Below are positions 53,430-64,000 of a stretch of DNA of 64,000 nucleotides, one piece after another. Where the stretch lies: the NCBI GenBank assembly GCA_963555825.3, contig CAUVXB020000001.1:672001-736000 (forward strand). The letters are read 5' to 3'. The stretch comes from Alphaproteobacteria bacterium. Its GTDB lineage: Bacteria; Pseudomonadota; Alphaproteobacteria; JAAXGF01. The stretch's first letter is position 1, and each line of letters opens with the position of its first letter. Made by a program: the position numbers and the translations under genes. Under the pieces are notes generated by a model. It was not told the DNA's origin and did not search any database. It saw nothing but the letters and a program-made list of their open reading frames with translations.

Positions 53430-55210
53430 TCACTCGGGCAGACCGGCCTTGCGCAGGCCATCGAGGTAGGGGGCGAGGCCGCCGGGATGTTTGGTCGGCA
53501 GCGTTTTCGCCAAGTACGAAAGAGAGACATCAGGCTTTTCTTTGAGCGCTGACGCGACGGCGTCGCGGGCTTCGTCGAGCCGGCCCAGATTGCCGAGCGC
53601 CGCAGCCAGCGCCGCTTGAGGCCAGTAGCCCTTGGCGCGCGGCAGACGGATCGTCTCGTGCGCCCATTCGACACCCTCCTCGTAATCGTGCATCAGCGTA
53701 CACGTCATCGAGTGGACGACCGTGGTTGCCCAATTCAGTGGATCGCGCGGGCTGAGCCGTATTGCCATCGCCAGGGCTTCGACCGCTTCCTCGAGCCGGC
53801 CGGCGAGCGCTAGCGCGAAGCCCAGCCCGTGATGCGCCTGAGAAAAGCTCGGGTTGAGCCGAATCGACATCTCGAGCTCGGCGATCGAGGCGTCGTGCTT
53901 GCCTTGCACCATGTAGATCCGGCCTAGCGCGAAGTAGGCAACCGGGTCCATGTCGTCCAAGGCAACGGCCTTCTTCGCCAGCGCAAATCCCGCCGAAGCA
54001 CTTTCCTCCGGATTTTCCGAATAGCCGACCATCAAATTAATGTAGTGCGTATAGGCCTCGTGTGCGTATGCGGCGGGGAACGTCGGGTCGAGTTCGCGGG
54101 CGCGCTGGAACAACCGCAGCGCCTCGGTGACGCCCTCGCTGGTGAAGAGCCACATGTGCCAGAGCGCCCGGTGATAGGTCTCCCAGGCATCTAGGCTCTC
54201 GGGCGGTTTGCGCGCCGCGCGCTCGCGCTCGAATGCGCGGAGCTCGGGCTCGACGACGCCGACGATTGTGCGCGTCATGTCGTCCTGCAGCTCGAAGATG
54301 TCCTCGATCACGCGGTCGTAACGCTCGGCCCAGACCTGCGTTCCGGCCGTCGCATCGACCAATTGGGCGGCGACTCGGACGCGGTTGCCAGCCTTGCGCA
54401 CGCTGCCTTCGAGGACGTAGCGCACGCCCAATTCGCGGGCGACCTGCTTGGTGTCGGGGGGTCTTGGCCCTTGTAGGTGAACGTCGAATTGCGGTCGATC
54501 ACGAAGAACCAGCGGTTCTTCGCCAGGGCAGCGATGACATCCTCGGTGATGCCGTCGGCGAGGTATTCCTGCTCGGCATCGCCCGACAGGTTGGTGAACG
54601 GCAGCACCGCGATTGACGGCTTGTCGGGCAGCGCCAGCGGCTCGGCCGGAGGATCGGCAGCGGCCGGCTCGGCGCCGTCGAGTCGCGCGCTGTAGACGCG
54701 CAACGGCTTGGCGATGTTCTTGGCCCGCTTCTCGCCGAGATCATCGAAGGCCAGGTCGAGCTTGCCGTCGACCTGGTCGAACACCACCGCCGAGACGGCC
54801 ACACCACCGGGCGCGCACAGTTCTTGCAGGCGCGCGGCGACGTTGACGCCATCGCCGTAGATGTCGTCGCCCTCGACGATGACGTCGCCGAGGTTGACGC
54901 CGATGCGGAACTCGATGCGCTTGTCCGCCGGCACCTCGGCATTGCGCGCGGCGATGCCGTCCTGGACGGCGGCGGCGCATTGCACCGCGTCGACCACACT
55001 GGCGAATTCGACCAGCGCGCCGTCGCCCATCAGCTTGACGATGCGGCCATTATGCGCCTCGACCGCCGGATCGATGCAGGCCTCGCGATGCGCCTTGAGC
55101 GCAATGAGCATGCCCGCCTCATCGTCGCCCATGAGACGCGAATAGCCGACCACGTCGGCCGATAAGATCGCCGCGAGTCTTCGTTGCAAGAGGTCTCCCC
55201 CTGACGACAT
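53430..55210 (-). pseudogene. Adenylate cyclase / TolB-like / TPR protein, frameshifted at a G6 tract (54456-54461)
   Basis: RRLAAILSADVVGYSRLM, GDGVNVAARLQ, PSIAVLPF, then a frame change between TYKGQD and DTKQVARELGVRYVLEGSVR, followed by TPR repeats. Confidence 0.85.
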
Positions 55211-55438
55211 GTAGACTGAATATTGCTCGCACGATAACGAGCACTGAGCGCCGGTCAAGCACTGGTCCTTGGAGCGCTGCGGGAATGTCGCGTGGCGGCG
55301 ACAACGTCTGTTGCGTTGCCGCGTCAACTCTGGCATGTTCCGCGCGACTTTTTTGGCCGATGTTGCGCGCGCTGTCCGGGGTGGGCTCGTGCCGCGAATT
55401 CCGGCGCTTCCTCAAGTTGGGTTCGAAGGGGGATTAGA

Positions 55439-57514
55439 ATGCCTACCACCTATTGGTTGGTCGTCGCGAGCGGCGTCGTCGCGTTGCTCTATGGTGTATT
55501 CGCTGCCAAGTCTATCTTCGCGGCCGACCCCGGCGACGAGCGCATGCAGGAAATCGCCGGCGCCATTCAGGAAGGCGCGAGCGCGTATCTGAAACGCCAA
55601 TATACGGCCATCGCCATCGTCGGCGTGGTGGTCGGTGTCATCCTGGCAGCGACACTCGGCATCACGGTGGCCGTCGGATTCGTGATCGGCGCGGTGCTTT
55701 CCGGCGTGACCGGGTTCATCGGCATGAACGTCTCCGTGCGCGCCAACGTCCGCACCGCGCAAGCCGCGAAAACCGGCCTGAGCGGGGCGCTCGACATCGC
55801 CTTCAAATCAGGCGCGGTGACCGGACTTTTGGTGGTCGGGCTCGCGCTTCTCGGCGTTGTCGGTTACTACGGCGTGCTGATCAACGCCGGCGTCGAGCTT
55901 GGCGATGTAATTTGGGCTCTGATCGCACTCGGCTTCGGCGGCTCGTTGATCTCGATTTTCGCCCGCCTCGGCGGCGGCATCTTTACCAAGGGCGCCGATG
56001 TGGGCGGCGACCTGGTCGGCAAGATCGAGGCCGGAATTCCCGAGGACGACCCGCGCAACGCCGCGGTGATCGCCGATTCCGTCGGCGATAATGTCGGCGA
56101 TTGCGCTGGCATGGCGGCCGATCTGTTCGAGACCTATGTGGTCACCATGGTCGCCACCATGCTGCTGACGGTGATTTTCTTCACCGGTTCGGCGCTCGAA
56201 TCACTGATTTTGTATCCCCTCGCCATCGGCGGCGTTTGCATCGTTACCTCGGTGATCGGCACCTTCTTCGTCCGCCTCGGCGGCAGTGAAAACATCATGG
56301 CGGCCCTGTACAAGGGTTTTATGGTCACGGCGCTGCTGTCGGCCGTCGCGCTTTGGCCTCTGACCGACGCCATGATCGGCTTCGACAGCGAATTCACCAT
56401 CGACGGGTTGACCTTCACCGGACGGCATTTGTTCTATTGCGGACTCGTCGGGCTGGTGGTGACCGGCCTTTTGGTGTGGATTACCGAATATTACACATCG
56501 ACCGATTTTCGCCCCGTGCGCGCCATCGCCAAGGCGTCCGAGACCGGCGCGGGCACCAACATCATTCAGGGCCTCGCCGTATCCATGGAGGCGACCGCCT
56601 TGCCGGTCATCGTGCTCTGCGGCGGCATTCTCGTCGCCTATAGCAACGCCGGTCTGTTCGGCATCGCCATCGCGGTCACCGCCATGCTCGCCCTGGCCGG
56701 CATGGTCGTCGCGCTGGACGCATACGGTCCAGTAACCGACAACGCCGGCGGTATCGCCGAGATGGCCGAGTTGCCCACCGACGTGCGCAAGACGACGGAC
56801 GCGCTCGACGCCGTGGGCAACACTACCAAGGCGGTGACCAAGGGCTACGCCATCGGTTCGGCGGCGCTCGCGTCCCTGGTCCTGTTCGCCGCCTATACCG
56901 AGGAACTGGGGCGCTTGTTCCCCGATATCGGCGTGGTGTTCGAACTCCAGAACCCCTATGTCGTGGTCGGCTTGTTCATCGGCGGCATGCTGCCCTATCT
57001 GTTTGGCGCCCTGGGCATGATGGCGGTGGGTCGCGCAGCCGCGTCGGTGGTTGTCGAAGTGCGCCGCCAGTTCAAGGAGATCCCAGGCATCATGGAAGGC
57101 ACGGCGAAGCCCGAATACGGCCGCGCCGTCGATCTTCTGACCCGCGCAGCGATCAAGGAAATGATCGTTCCGTCGCTGCTGCCGCTCCTGGCACCCGTGG
57201 CGTTCTATGGGGTGATCAATTTGGTCGGCGGCCAGGCCGCGGCGTTCGAGGCACTCGGCGCCATGCTACTCGGCACCATCGTCACCGGAATCTTCTTGGC
57301 CATCTCCATGACCTCGGGCGGCGGTGCCTGGGACAATGCCAAGAAATACATCGAGGATGGCAACCACGGCGGCAAGGGGTCGGACGCCCATGTGGCGGCG
57401 GTCACCGGCGATACGGTGGGCGATCCCTATAAGGACACGGCGGGACCGGCGATTAACCCGATGATCAAGATCATCAATATCGTCGCGCTGCTGCTGCTCG
57501 CGGCGCTCGCCTAG
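55439..57514 (+). CDS. hppA: Membrane-bound H+-translocating pyrophosphatase (K+-independent type)
   Basis: [31 protein letters not shown] (Lys marks the K+-independent type), GGAWDNAKK. Confidence 0.95.
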   Translation: MPTTYWLVVASGVVALLYGVFAAKSIFAADPGDERMQEIAGAIQEGASAYLKRQYTAIAIVGVVVGVILAATLGITVAVGFVIGAVLSGVTGFIGMNVSVRANVRTAQAAKTGLSGALDIAFKSGAVTGLLVVGLALLGVVGYYGVLINAGVELGDVIWALIALGFGGSLISIFARLGGGIFTKGADVGGDLVGKIEAGIPEDDPRNAAVIADSVGDNVGDCAGMAADLFETYVVTMVATMLLTVIFFTGSALESLILYPLAIGGVCIVTSVIGTFFVRLGGSENIMAALYKGFMVTALLSAVALWPLTDAMIGFDSEFTIDGLTFTGRHLFYCGLVGLVVTGLLVWITEYYTSTDFRPVRAIAKASETGAGTNIIQGLAVSMEATALPVIVLCGGILVAYSNAGLFGIAIAVTAMLALAGMVVALDAYGPVTDNAGGIAEMAELPTDVRKTTDALDAVGNTTKAVTKGYAIGSAALASLVLFAAYTEELGRLFPDIGVVFELQNPYVVVGLFIGGMLPYLFGALGMMAVGRAAASVVVEVRRQFKEIPGIMEGTAKPEYGRAVDLLTRAAIKEMIVPSLLPLLAPVAFYGVINLVGGQAAAFEALGAMLLGTIVTGIFLAISMTSGGGAWDNAKKYIEDGNHGGKGSDAHVAAVTGDTVGDPYKDTAGPAINPMIKIINIVALLLLAALA

Positions 57515-57547
57515 GAGCGGTTCCGAGCGCGGCGGAAAGGGAAGGGG

Positions 57548-57991
57548 CTATTCCGAATCCTTGCGCGCGAAGCGGCCGATGTTGCCGATCAGCTGTTGCA
57601 GGATCGTGACTTCCTTGCCACTGGTCGGTGTCACCCGATCGACGATTTCCACGGCGCGGGCGTCGTCCATGCCATAGGTGTCGATCGCCGCGACCAGGCC
57701 GTTCTCGTCGAATCGTATGGCGACGACCTGTTGATCGATCACTTCGGGTTCGTTGAACGCGACGGTCTCGACGCGCGCGGCGATGTAGTACCAGATCTCG
57801 TCGCCGAAGGTCGCGGCGCTCGACGGCGAGCCGAGCAGAATGGCGACGTCGTCGCGCGAGGCCTCACCGGGTACAATCTCGGCGAGTTTGTCCGGATCGG
57901 GCAGGTTGCCGCGGGTCGCGACGTTCGGCGTACATGCCGAAACTGCGGCGATCATGACCGCACAGACGATGGAGAGTATGACCGGTTTCAT
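57548..57991 (-). CDS. bamE: Outer membrane protein assembly factor BamE
   Basis: Lipoprotein signal VSAC, LLGSPS, WYYI, RFDENG. Confidence 0.88.
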   Translation of the reverse strand: MKPVILSIVCAVMIAAVSACTPNVATRGNLPDPDKLAEIVPGEASRDDVAILLGSPSSAATFGDEIWYYIAARVETVAFNEPEVIDQQVVAIRFDENGLVAAIDTYGMDDARAVEIVDRVTPTSGKEVTILQQLIGNIGRFARKDSE

Positions 57992-58144
57992 TGATGTCTT
58001 CTGCACGTGCCACCGACGCAGCCAGCGACCTCGATGCTTTGTTTGGATCGAGCGCGACGCTGCAAGGAAGGGCGTTTCGTTGTCGAGGCATTCATTGCAC
58101 CGGCAAACCGGCCATGTCAACCTGCGCTCCGAGCGAGAACTTCG

Positions 58145-58696
58145 GTGATCGGCAAGGTTCGCTGGTTCGGCCGCAACGAGATGCACGATCGCGCCAGACA
58201 GCTCTATATGCTGGTTGTCGAACAGGCGCGCCAGCCGGCGTTCTATCGTGATCTGGGTGTGCCGGACACGCTTGACGGCCACTTCGAGATGATCGTGTTG
58301 CATATGGTGATGATGCTACGCGCGTTACGGCGCGATGGCGATGACGGCATCGAGTTGGGTCAATTGGTGTTCGACGTGATGATGGACGATATGGATAGCT
58401 CGTTGCGTGAAATGGGCGTCGGTGACCTCGGCGTCGGGCGGCGTGTCAAGGCGATGGCGCAGGCCTTCTATGGCCGTGCGACGGCCTATGAGGCGGCGCT
58501 TGCCGCCGATGAAGATACGCTGGACCAGGCGTTGCGGCGCAATCTTTATGCGACGGCCGAACCCGTCGGGGATGACGTGGCGGCGATGATCGTCTATGTC
58601 CTTCGGGAATTCGGCGCAATTGACGCCGGCGTGGCGATGTCGGCAACGGCAGGCGAATTCCGTTTCGGTGCTCCGCCTGATCGGCATGAGGGTTGA
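58145..58696 (+). CDS. Ubiquinol-cytochrome c chaperone (Cbp3 family)
   Basis: QARQPAFY...GVPDTLDG.FE, LREMGVGDLGV, AFYGR. Confidence 0.85.
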   Translation: MIGKVRWFGRNEMHDRARQLYMLVVEQARQPAFYRDLGVPDTLDGHFEMIVLHMVMMLRALRRDGDDGIELGQLVFDVMMDDMDSSLREMGVGDLGVGRRVKAMAQAFYGRATAYEAALAADEDTLDQALRRNLYATAEPVGDDVAAMIVYVLREFGAIDAGVAMSATAGEFRFGAPPDRHEG

Positions 58697-58702
58697 AGGA
58701 CG

Positions 58703-59248
58703 ATGACCGAATTAGTGGTGAACGAACTCGCGCGCCTGGTGTCGCTGGCCAGCATCGGTAATGCTGAACGGTCGATCATAATCGAGGTCACGGTGGGTGA
58801 GCGCGAGGCGCTCGCGCGCCGGTTCGGTCTTGAGTCGCTCGATCGCATGACCGCGTCGGCCACGATTTGGCGGCTCAATGACGGCGCTGTGCGGCTTCGA
58901 ATCGCGTTCGCCGCCGATGTCGTCCAGCATTGCGTCGCAACCCTCGAACCCATCGAGGCTCGGGTCGAAGGCGAAGAGGATATTCTCCTGGTGCGTCCTG
59001 GCGCGAATTCGGTGGAAGTCGAGATCGACCCGACCGACGACGAGCCCGAGCCGTTGCTTGGCGAGACGCTCGATATCGGCGAGGTGGTCGCCGAGCAATT
59101 CGGCCTTGCACTCGATCCGTATCCGCGCAAAACGGGGGTCGAGTTCAGGGTCGACACGGCGCGCTCGAACGACGGTGACGATCGAGGTTCGCCGTTCGAG
59201 GTGTTACGCGGCTTGACCGCGGGGCGCGAGGGCGCATCCGGCGGCTGA
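58703..59248 (+). CDS. DUF177/YceD family protein
   Basis: QHCVATLEP, LDIGEVVAEQFGLALDPYPRK, SPFEVL; upstream of rpmF. Confidence 0.88.
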   Translation: MTELVVNELARLVSLASIGNAERSIIIEVTVGEREALARRFGLESLDRMTASATIWRLNDGAVRLRIAFAADVVQHCVATLEPIEARVEGEEDILLVRPGANSVEVEIDPTDDEPEPLLGETLDIGEVVAEQFGLALDPYPRKTGVEFRVDTARSNDGDDRGSPFEVLRGLTAGREGASGG

Positions 59249-59325
59249 GCAGCTTGCTCTTGTGAAAATTACTTGGTAAAGCACGCCGTTTTGCGCATAA
59301 CGTTACAATTGTAGAGACGAACACA

Positions 59326-59511
59326 ATGGCCGTTCCAAAGAAGAAAACATCGAAATCCCGGCGCGACATGCGGCGGTCCCATCATGCCTTGAAGGGTGCC
59401 AAGCTCACCGAATGTCCGAACTGCGGCGAGCTTAAGCAACCGCATCACGTTTGCCAGGCGTGCGGCCACTACAACGACCGCGAGATCGTTGAGGGGGTGG
59501 GTGCGATATAG
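59326..59511 (+). CDS. rpmF: 50S ribosomal protein L32
   Basis: [23 protein letters not shown]...HHVCQAC. Confidence 0.97.
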   Translation: MAVPKKKTSKSRRDMRRSHHALKGAKLTECPNCGELKQPHHVCQACGHYNDREIVEGVGAI

Positions 59512-59524
59512 CACGCCGCATCGC

Positions 59525-60707
59525 TAGTGTCCTGATCGATAAATTGATATGATTATGTCTCTATTTGTTTTTAGGAGGCGCGATTGATGGCGAGAGTGGC
59601 GGTGACGATCTCTTTGAGCGATGACGAGCGCGCCGAATTGGAGGCGCTGTCTCGTCGTCGCAAGACGTCGCAGGGGCTTGCGCGGCGGGCTCGGATCGTC
59701 TTGGCGGCGGCGGAAGGGTTGGAGAACAAGGAGATCGCCGTTCGTCTCGAGGCGAGCGCGGACACCGTGGGCAAGTGGCGTCGCCGCTATGCGGCGGAGG
59801 GCCTCGACGGTCTGTACGACGAACCCCGCCCCGGCGCGCCGCGTCAAATCGGCGATGACGCCATCGCGGAAGCGGTCCGGCTGACGCTGGAAGAGACGCC
59901 GCCGGACGCGACCCATTGGAGCCTTCGCTCGATGGCGCGGGCGAGCGGCCACGCGCCCTCGACCATTCATCGCATCTGGCGGGCCTTCGGCTTGCAGCCG
60001 CATCGCTCGGAGACCTTCAAGCTGTCGAGCGATCCCTTCTTCGTGGAGAAGGTCCGCGACATCGTCGGTCTGTATTTGGCGCCGCCGGATCGTGCCCTGG
60101 TTCTCTGTGTCGACGAAAAGAGCCAGATCCAGGCCCTGGACCGTTCCCAGCCCCTCTTGCCGATGCGCCCCGGGCAGGCGGAGCGGCGCAGCCACGACTA
60201 CAAGCGCCACGGCACGACCTCTCTCTTCGCGGCCCTCGACATCGCCACGGGAGAGATCATCGGCAAATGTTTCCCGCGCCATCGGGCCCGAGAGTTCCGC
60301 AAATTCCTCGACCTCGTCGAGGCGAACGTCCCTGCTGATCTCGACATCCACATCGTCATGGACAACTACGGGACCCACAAGACCAAGGCGATCCGCGACT
60401 GGTTCGCCAAACGGCCGCGCTGGCAGGCCCATTTCACACCCACCAGCGCCTCCTGGCTGAACCAGGTCGAGCGCTGGTTCGGGCTGCTGACCGACAAGCA
60501 GATCAGGCGCGGCGTCCATCGCTCCACCAAGGAGTTGGAGCGCACCATCCTCGACTACATCGACACGACAAACCAGAACCCCAAACCCTTCAAATGGACC
60601 AAATCCGCCGATGACATCCTCGGCGCCATCCAGCGCTTCTGCCTCCGAACAATCGAAATCGCTGAACAGCAGGCGAAAATCATGCGAACTTCGGAATCGG
60701 GACACTA
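59525..60707 (+). mobile_element. IS630 family IS, copy 2
   Basis: Same translation and ends as copy 1; TA duplication in CTAG between rpmF and plsX. Confidence 0.93.
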
Positions 60708-60726
60708 GCTTAAGAGGCCAGAACAG

Positions 60727-61776
60727 GTGAACCAGCCGATTACCATAGCGCTTGACGCCATGGGCGGTGATCACGGGCCTGCGGTGGTGCTGGAAGGCGC
60801 GGACAGAGCGCGCCTGCGTTTTCCTGGTACGCATTTCCTGTTGTTCGGCGACCAGGCAAAGCTGAACGTGCTGCTCGAACGCAACGCCGGATTGGCGTCG
60901 GTCTCGATGGTCCACCATACGGATGTGGCGATCGGGTCGGATGAGAAACCGTCGGTCGCTTTGCGTCAAGGACGCAATTCCAGCATGCGCCTTGCCATCC
61001 AGGCGGTGCGTGACGGTGCTGCCGCGGGTGTCGTCTCGGCGGGCAATACGGGCGCGCTGATGGCGATGTCCAAGATAGTGCTCAAAACGCTTCCGGGTAT
61101 TCATCGCCCCGCGCTCGCCACGGTATTTCCGACCATGCGTGGTGAAACCGTCGTGCTCGACCTAGGCGCCAACGCCGAGTGCACGGCCGAAAACCTGGTC
61201 CAGTTCGCGGTCATGGGCGAGGTCTTCGCGCGTACCGTGATCGGCGTCGTCAAGCCGACGGTTGGGCTGTTGAACATCGGCATCGAGATCACCAAGGGCA
61301 ACGAAACCGTGCGCAATGCGGCGAAGCTGCTTGACGAGGGAAATTTGCCGATCGTCTTCCACGGCTTCATCGAGGGTGACGACATCACCGCGGGCACCGT
61401 TGACGTTGCGGTTACTGACGGGTTCACCGGCAATATTGCCTTGAAGACGGCCGAGGGGACCGCACACCTCATCGCCGATTATCTCCGGGCGGCATTCAAG
61501 CAATCATTGATGTCGCGGCTGGGTTATCTCCTTGCGCGGTCGGCCTTGAACACGATGCGCGCCCGGGTCGACCCGCGCCACTACAACGGTGCCGTGTTCC
61601 TTGGCCTCAACGGCATCGCGGTCAAGAGCCATGGCGGCACCGACGCGCTCGGGTTTTCCAATGCCATCGGTGTTGCCGTCAACATGGCAGCGCAGGGTTT
61701 CAATGACAAAGTCATCGCGGAACTCAACCAGTGGCACGCTGATCACGTTGCAAACGAAAAGGCAGCTACAGTTTGA
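60727..61776 (+). CDS. plsX: Phosphate acyltransferase PlsX
   Basis: [36 protein letters not shown]. Confidence 0.96.
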   Translation: MNQPITIALDAMGGDHGPAVVLEGADRARLRFPGTHFLLFGDQAKLNVLLERNAGLASVSMVHHTDVAIGSDEKPSVALRQGRNSSMRLAIQAVRDGAAAGVVSAGNTGALMAMSKIVLKTLPGIHRPALATVFPTMRGETVVLDLGANAECTAENLVQFAVMGEVFARTVIGVVKPTVGLLNIGIEITKGNETVRNAAKLLDEGNLPIVFHGFIEGDDITAGTVDVAVTDGFTGNIALKTAEGTAHLIADYLRAAFKQSLMSRLGYLLARSALNTMRARVDPRHYNGAVFLGLNGIAVKSHGGTDALGFSNAIGVAVNMAAQGFNDKVIAELNQWHADHVANEKAATV

Positions 61777-62750
61777 AAATTTACCAATCACGCGTTGCCG
61801 GATGGGGTTCGTACCTGCCAGAGCGCGTCGTCACAAATCGCGATCTTGCCGAGTTCGTCGATACGTCTGACAACTGGATCGTCGACCGTACGGGGATTCA
61901 ACAGCGCCATATTGCCGCGACCGGCGAGTACACGTCGGATTTGGCTACCCGGGCCGCCGAACGAGCGCTTGAAAGCGCGGGTGTCGATGCATCGGACGTC
62001 GACCTCATCGTCGTCGCGACGGCGACGCCGGATCAGACGTTTCCAGCCACTGCGGTCAAAGTTCAAGCCGAACTCGGCGTCAGCCGCGGCGCTGCGTTCG
62101 ACGTTCAGGCGGTGTGTACGGGCTTCGTCTATGCGCTGGCCGTGACCGATAACTTCATCCGGCTGGGACAGGCCGATTGCGCCATTGTCATTGGCGCGGA
62201 AACGTTTTCTCGAATACTCGATTGGAACGACCGGTCGACCTGTGTGCTGTTCGGCGACGGTGCGGGCGCCTTGGTGATGCGCGCCAGCGAGGCAAAACCG
62301 GGCAACAGTTCGCCGGGCGTACTGTCGACCCATCTGCACGCCGACGGGACGAAGCGGGGTTTCCTTTACGTCGATGGCGGGCCCTCGACGACGCAGACCA
62401 CTGGCCATTTGCGCATGTCGGGCCGCGAAGTTTTCCGGCACGCGGTCGGATTGCTCGCCGCTGCCGTCGACGAGGCGCTGGAGGCCAACGGACTCGAGCC
62501 GGGCGACATCGACTGGCTGGTGCCGCATCAAGCGAACAAACGGATCATCGACGCGACCGCGAAGAAACTCGGCATGCCCGAGGACAAGATCGTCTATACA
62601 ATCGACCATCATGCCAACACGTCGGCGGCATCGATCCCGCTGGCGCTGGCACAGGCGGCTGGAGACGGTCGCATTCAGCCCGGGCATCTGATCCTGATCG
62701 AGGGTATGGGCGGCGGCTTCACCTGGGGATCAGCCGTTATCCGCTGGTAG
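61773..62750 (+). CDS. fabH: Beta-ketoacyl-ACP synthase III
   Basis: [34 protein letters not shown]. Confidence 0.96.
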   Translation: MKIYQSRVAGWGSYLPERVVTNRDLAEFVDTSDNWIVDRTGIQQRHIAATGEYTSDLATRAAERALESAGVDASDVDLIVVATATPDQTFPATAVKVQAELGVSRGAAFDVQAVCTGFVYALAVTDNFIRLGQADCAIVIGAETFSRILDWNDRSTCVLFGDGAGALVMRASEAKPGNSSPGVLSTHLHADGTKRGFLYVDGGPSTTQTTGHLRMSGREVFRHAVGLLAAAVDEALEANGLEPGDIDWLVPHQANKRIIDATAKKLGMPEDKIVYTIDHHANTSAASIPLALAQAAGDGRIQPGHLILIEGMGGGFTWGSAVIRW

Positions 62751-62804
62751 GCTGGCTCATCGAACGCGAGGTTCGCATTAGCGAACCATTGCATCCCTTT
62801 GATA

Positions 62805-62833
62805 TTGACGGTTTTTTCATAATGCTGTAGGTT
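62805..62833 (+). promoter_or_regulatory. Candidate sigma70 promoter for ihfA
   Basis: TTGACG-N17-TAGGTT upstream of ihfA. Confidence 0.5.
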
Positions 62834-62862
62834 TTGTCTTTGGCCCCGATTGGCATGGAGCG

Positions 62863-63174
62863 ATGGCCGGGATGACTGTCACGAGATCCGATCTCACCGA
62901 GGCGGTATACCAGGAAGTCGGCCTGTCACGGAACGAGTCGGCTCAGCTGGTCGAATCCGTGTTGCACGAAATCGTCGATACACTGGCGCAGGGCGAACCG
63001 GTCAAGCTTTCGTCGTTCGGCACGTTCTCGGTGGTCAACAAGGCACAGCGCATCGGCCGCAATCCCAAGACCGGTGAGGAAGTGCCAATTCTGCCGCGGC
63101 GCGTTCTGGTGTTTCGCGCCTCCCATGTGCTCAAGGATCGAATCAACCCGACGACCGCATGGAGCGATGACTGA
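62863..63174 (+). CDS. ihfA: Integration host factor alpha
   Basis: [30 protein letters not shown]. Confidence 0.95.
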   Translation: MAGMTVTRSDLTEAVYQEVGLSRNESAQLVESVLHEIVDTLAQGEPVKLSSFGTFSVVNKAQRIGRNPKTGEEVPILPRRVLVFRASHVLKDRINPTTAWSDD

Positions 63175-63176
63175 TC

Positions 63177-63584
63177 ATGGCGACCGCGCCCTCGACCGCG
63201 AGGACGGATCGCCGCTCGGGTAAGTCGCCCGCGGCGTTCAAGACGATTAGCGAAGTCGCTGGACAGCTTGACGTGCCGCAACATGTGCTGCGCTTCTGGG
63301 AAACCCGATTTTCCCAAATTCGGCCACTGAAGCGGGGCGGTGGGCGCCGGTATTACCGACCCGAGGATATCGAACTTCTCGACCGCATAAAGACGCTGCT
63401 TTATGCCGATGGCTATACCATCAAGGGCGTGCAAAAACTGCTGCGGGAAAGCGGCCGCGGCCCGGCCGCACTCGACGTCACCGAAACCGAAGAAGCCGCG
63501 CCGTCCGACGGTAGGCAAGCCGAGATCGAAGCGGTCTTGGCCGAGCTCGTTGCCATCCGAAATCTACTCAAAAACACATCCTGA
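63177..63584 (+). CDS. MerR family transcriptional regulator
   Basis: [27 protein letters not shown]; conserved position after ihfA. Confidence 0.9.
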   Translation: MATAPSTARTDRRSGKSPAAFKTISEVAGQLDVPQHVLRFWETRFSQIRPLKRGGGRRYYRPEDIELLDRIKTLLYADGYTIKGVQKLLRESGRGPAALDVTETEEAAPSDGRQAEIEAVLAELVAIRNLLKNTS

Positions 63585-63652
63585 CGCGTTGCCTCGTCTC
63601 CCTATGGCGGCTATAGTGCGGCCGCGTCGGCGATACACCGTCGAACGTTGGC

Positions 63653-63729
63653 CGGAGCGTGGCGCAGTCTGGTAGCGCACTTGTCTGGGGGACAAGGGGT
63701 CGGTGGTTCGAATCCACTCGCTCCGACCA
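63653..63729 (+). tRNA. tRNA-Pro(GGG)
   Basis: CGGAGCG acceptor stem, TGGTAG D-loop, anticodon arm cttgt-ctGGGgg-acaag, GTTCGAATC, CCA end. Confidence 0.95.
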
Positions 63730-63881
63730 TTTTTTTTAATAGGTTATGCCGTGTTTCTAAGAGATCACTTTGGTTGTTCCTGGTATCATTTAATGCATGA
63801 CATTAGACGGCGGGCTCGGCGCAAATGCCGCCGTTCATGCGGTGCTGCCGGGGGTGCTGCACTTCGTAGGGAGGGGGCGTA

Positions 63882-64000
63882 ATGGCGCTGGAACTCAAAA
63901 CTGCGCCCGAAGGGTTGATGTCGGACGCCGAACTTGCCGCATGGCATGACATTCCGCCGGCCGTAATCAGCGACGAATTGAACCGAACGGGGGCCATGGC
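63882..64000 (+). CDS. Probable RraA/HMG aldolase-like protein, 3'-truncated
   Basis: GGGAGG RBS; MALELKTAP...IPPAVISDELNRTGAM resembles the RraA-family N-terminus. Confidence 0.5.
   Translation, partial: MALELKTAPEGLMSDAELAAWHDIPPAVISDELNRTGAM

Noticed and set aside
63730-63881. Integrative element at tRNA-Pro
   Set aside because: AT-rich tail after the tRNA, but no integrase or duplicated tRNA 3' end within the window; cannot be assessed

Overview
GC-rich alphaproteobacterial chromosome segment, probably Rhodospirillales-like and marine (inference from gene order and a DddP-like gene). The backbone is ordinary housekeeping synteny: galU-ugd-pgm, recQ/clpS-clpA, eipB, rpmG, mucR, glyA-nrdR-ribD-ribE-ribB-ribH-nusB-thiL, hppA, bamE, yceD-rpmF-plsX-fabH-ihfA-merR-tRNA-Pro. 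Two accessory regions interrupt it (about 8.1-16.5 kb and 48.1-55.3 kb). Mobile elements are dense: three apparently identical IS3-like elements with unusually long 14-15 bp target duplications, two IS630 copies, IS1182, a dead IS1380, two MITE families and a REP. There are also several pseudogenes. The most unusual signal is a recurring fixed-geometry hairpin module (29 bp unit, 17 bp spacer, 30 bp unit) that brackets foreign-looking cargo genes and attracts IS insertions, suggesting a possible gene-cassette or capture system with no recombinase in this window. All calls are from reading the sequence by eye; no database searches or computations were run.
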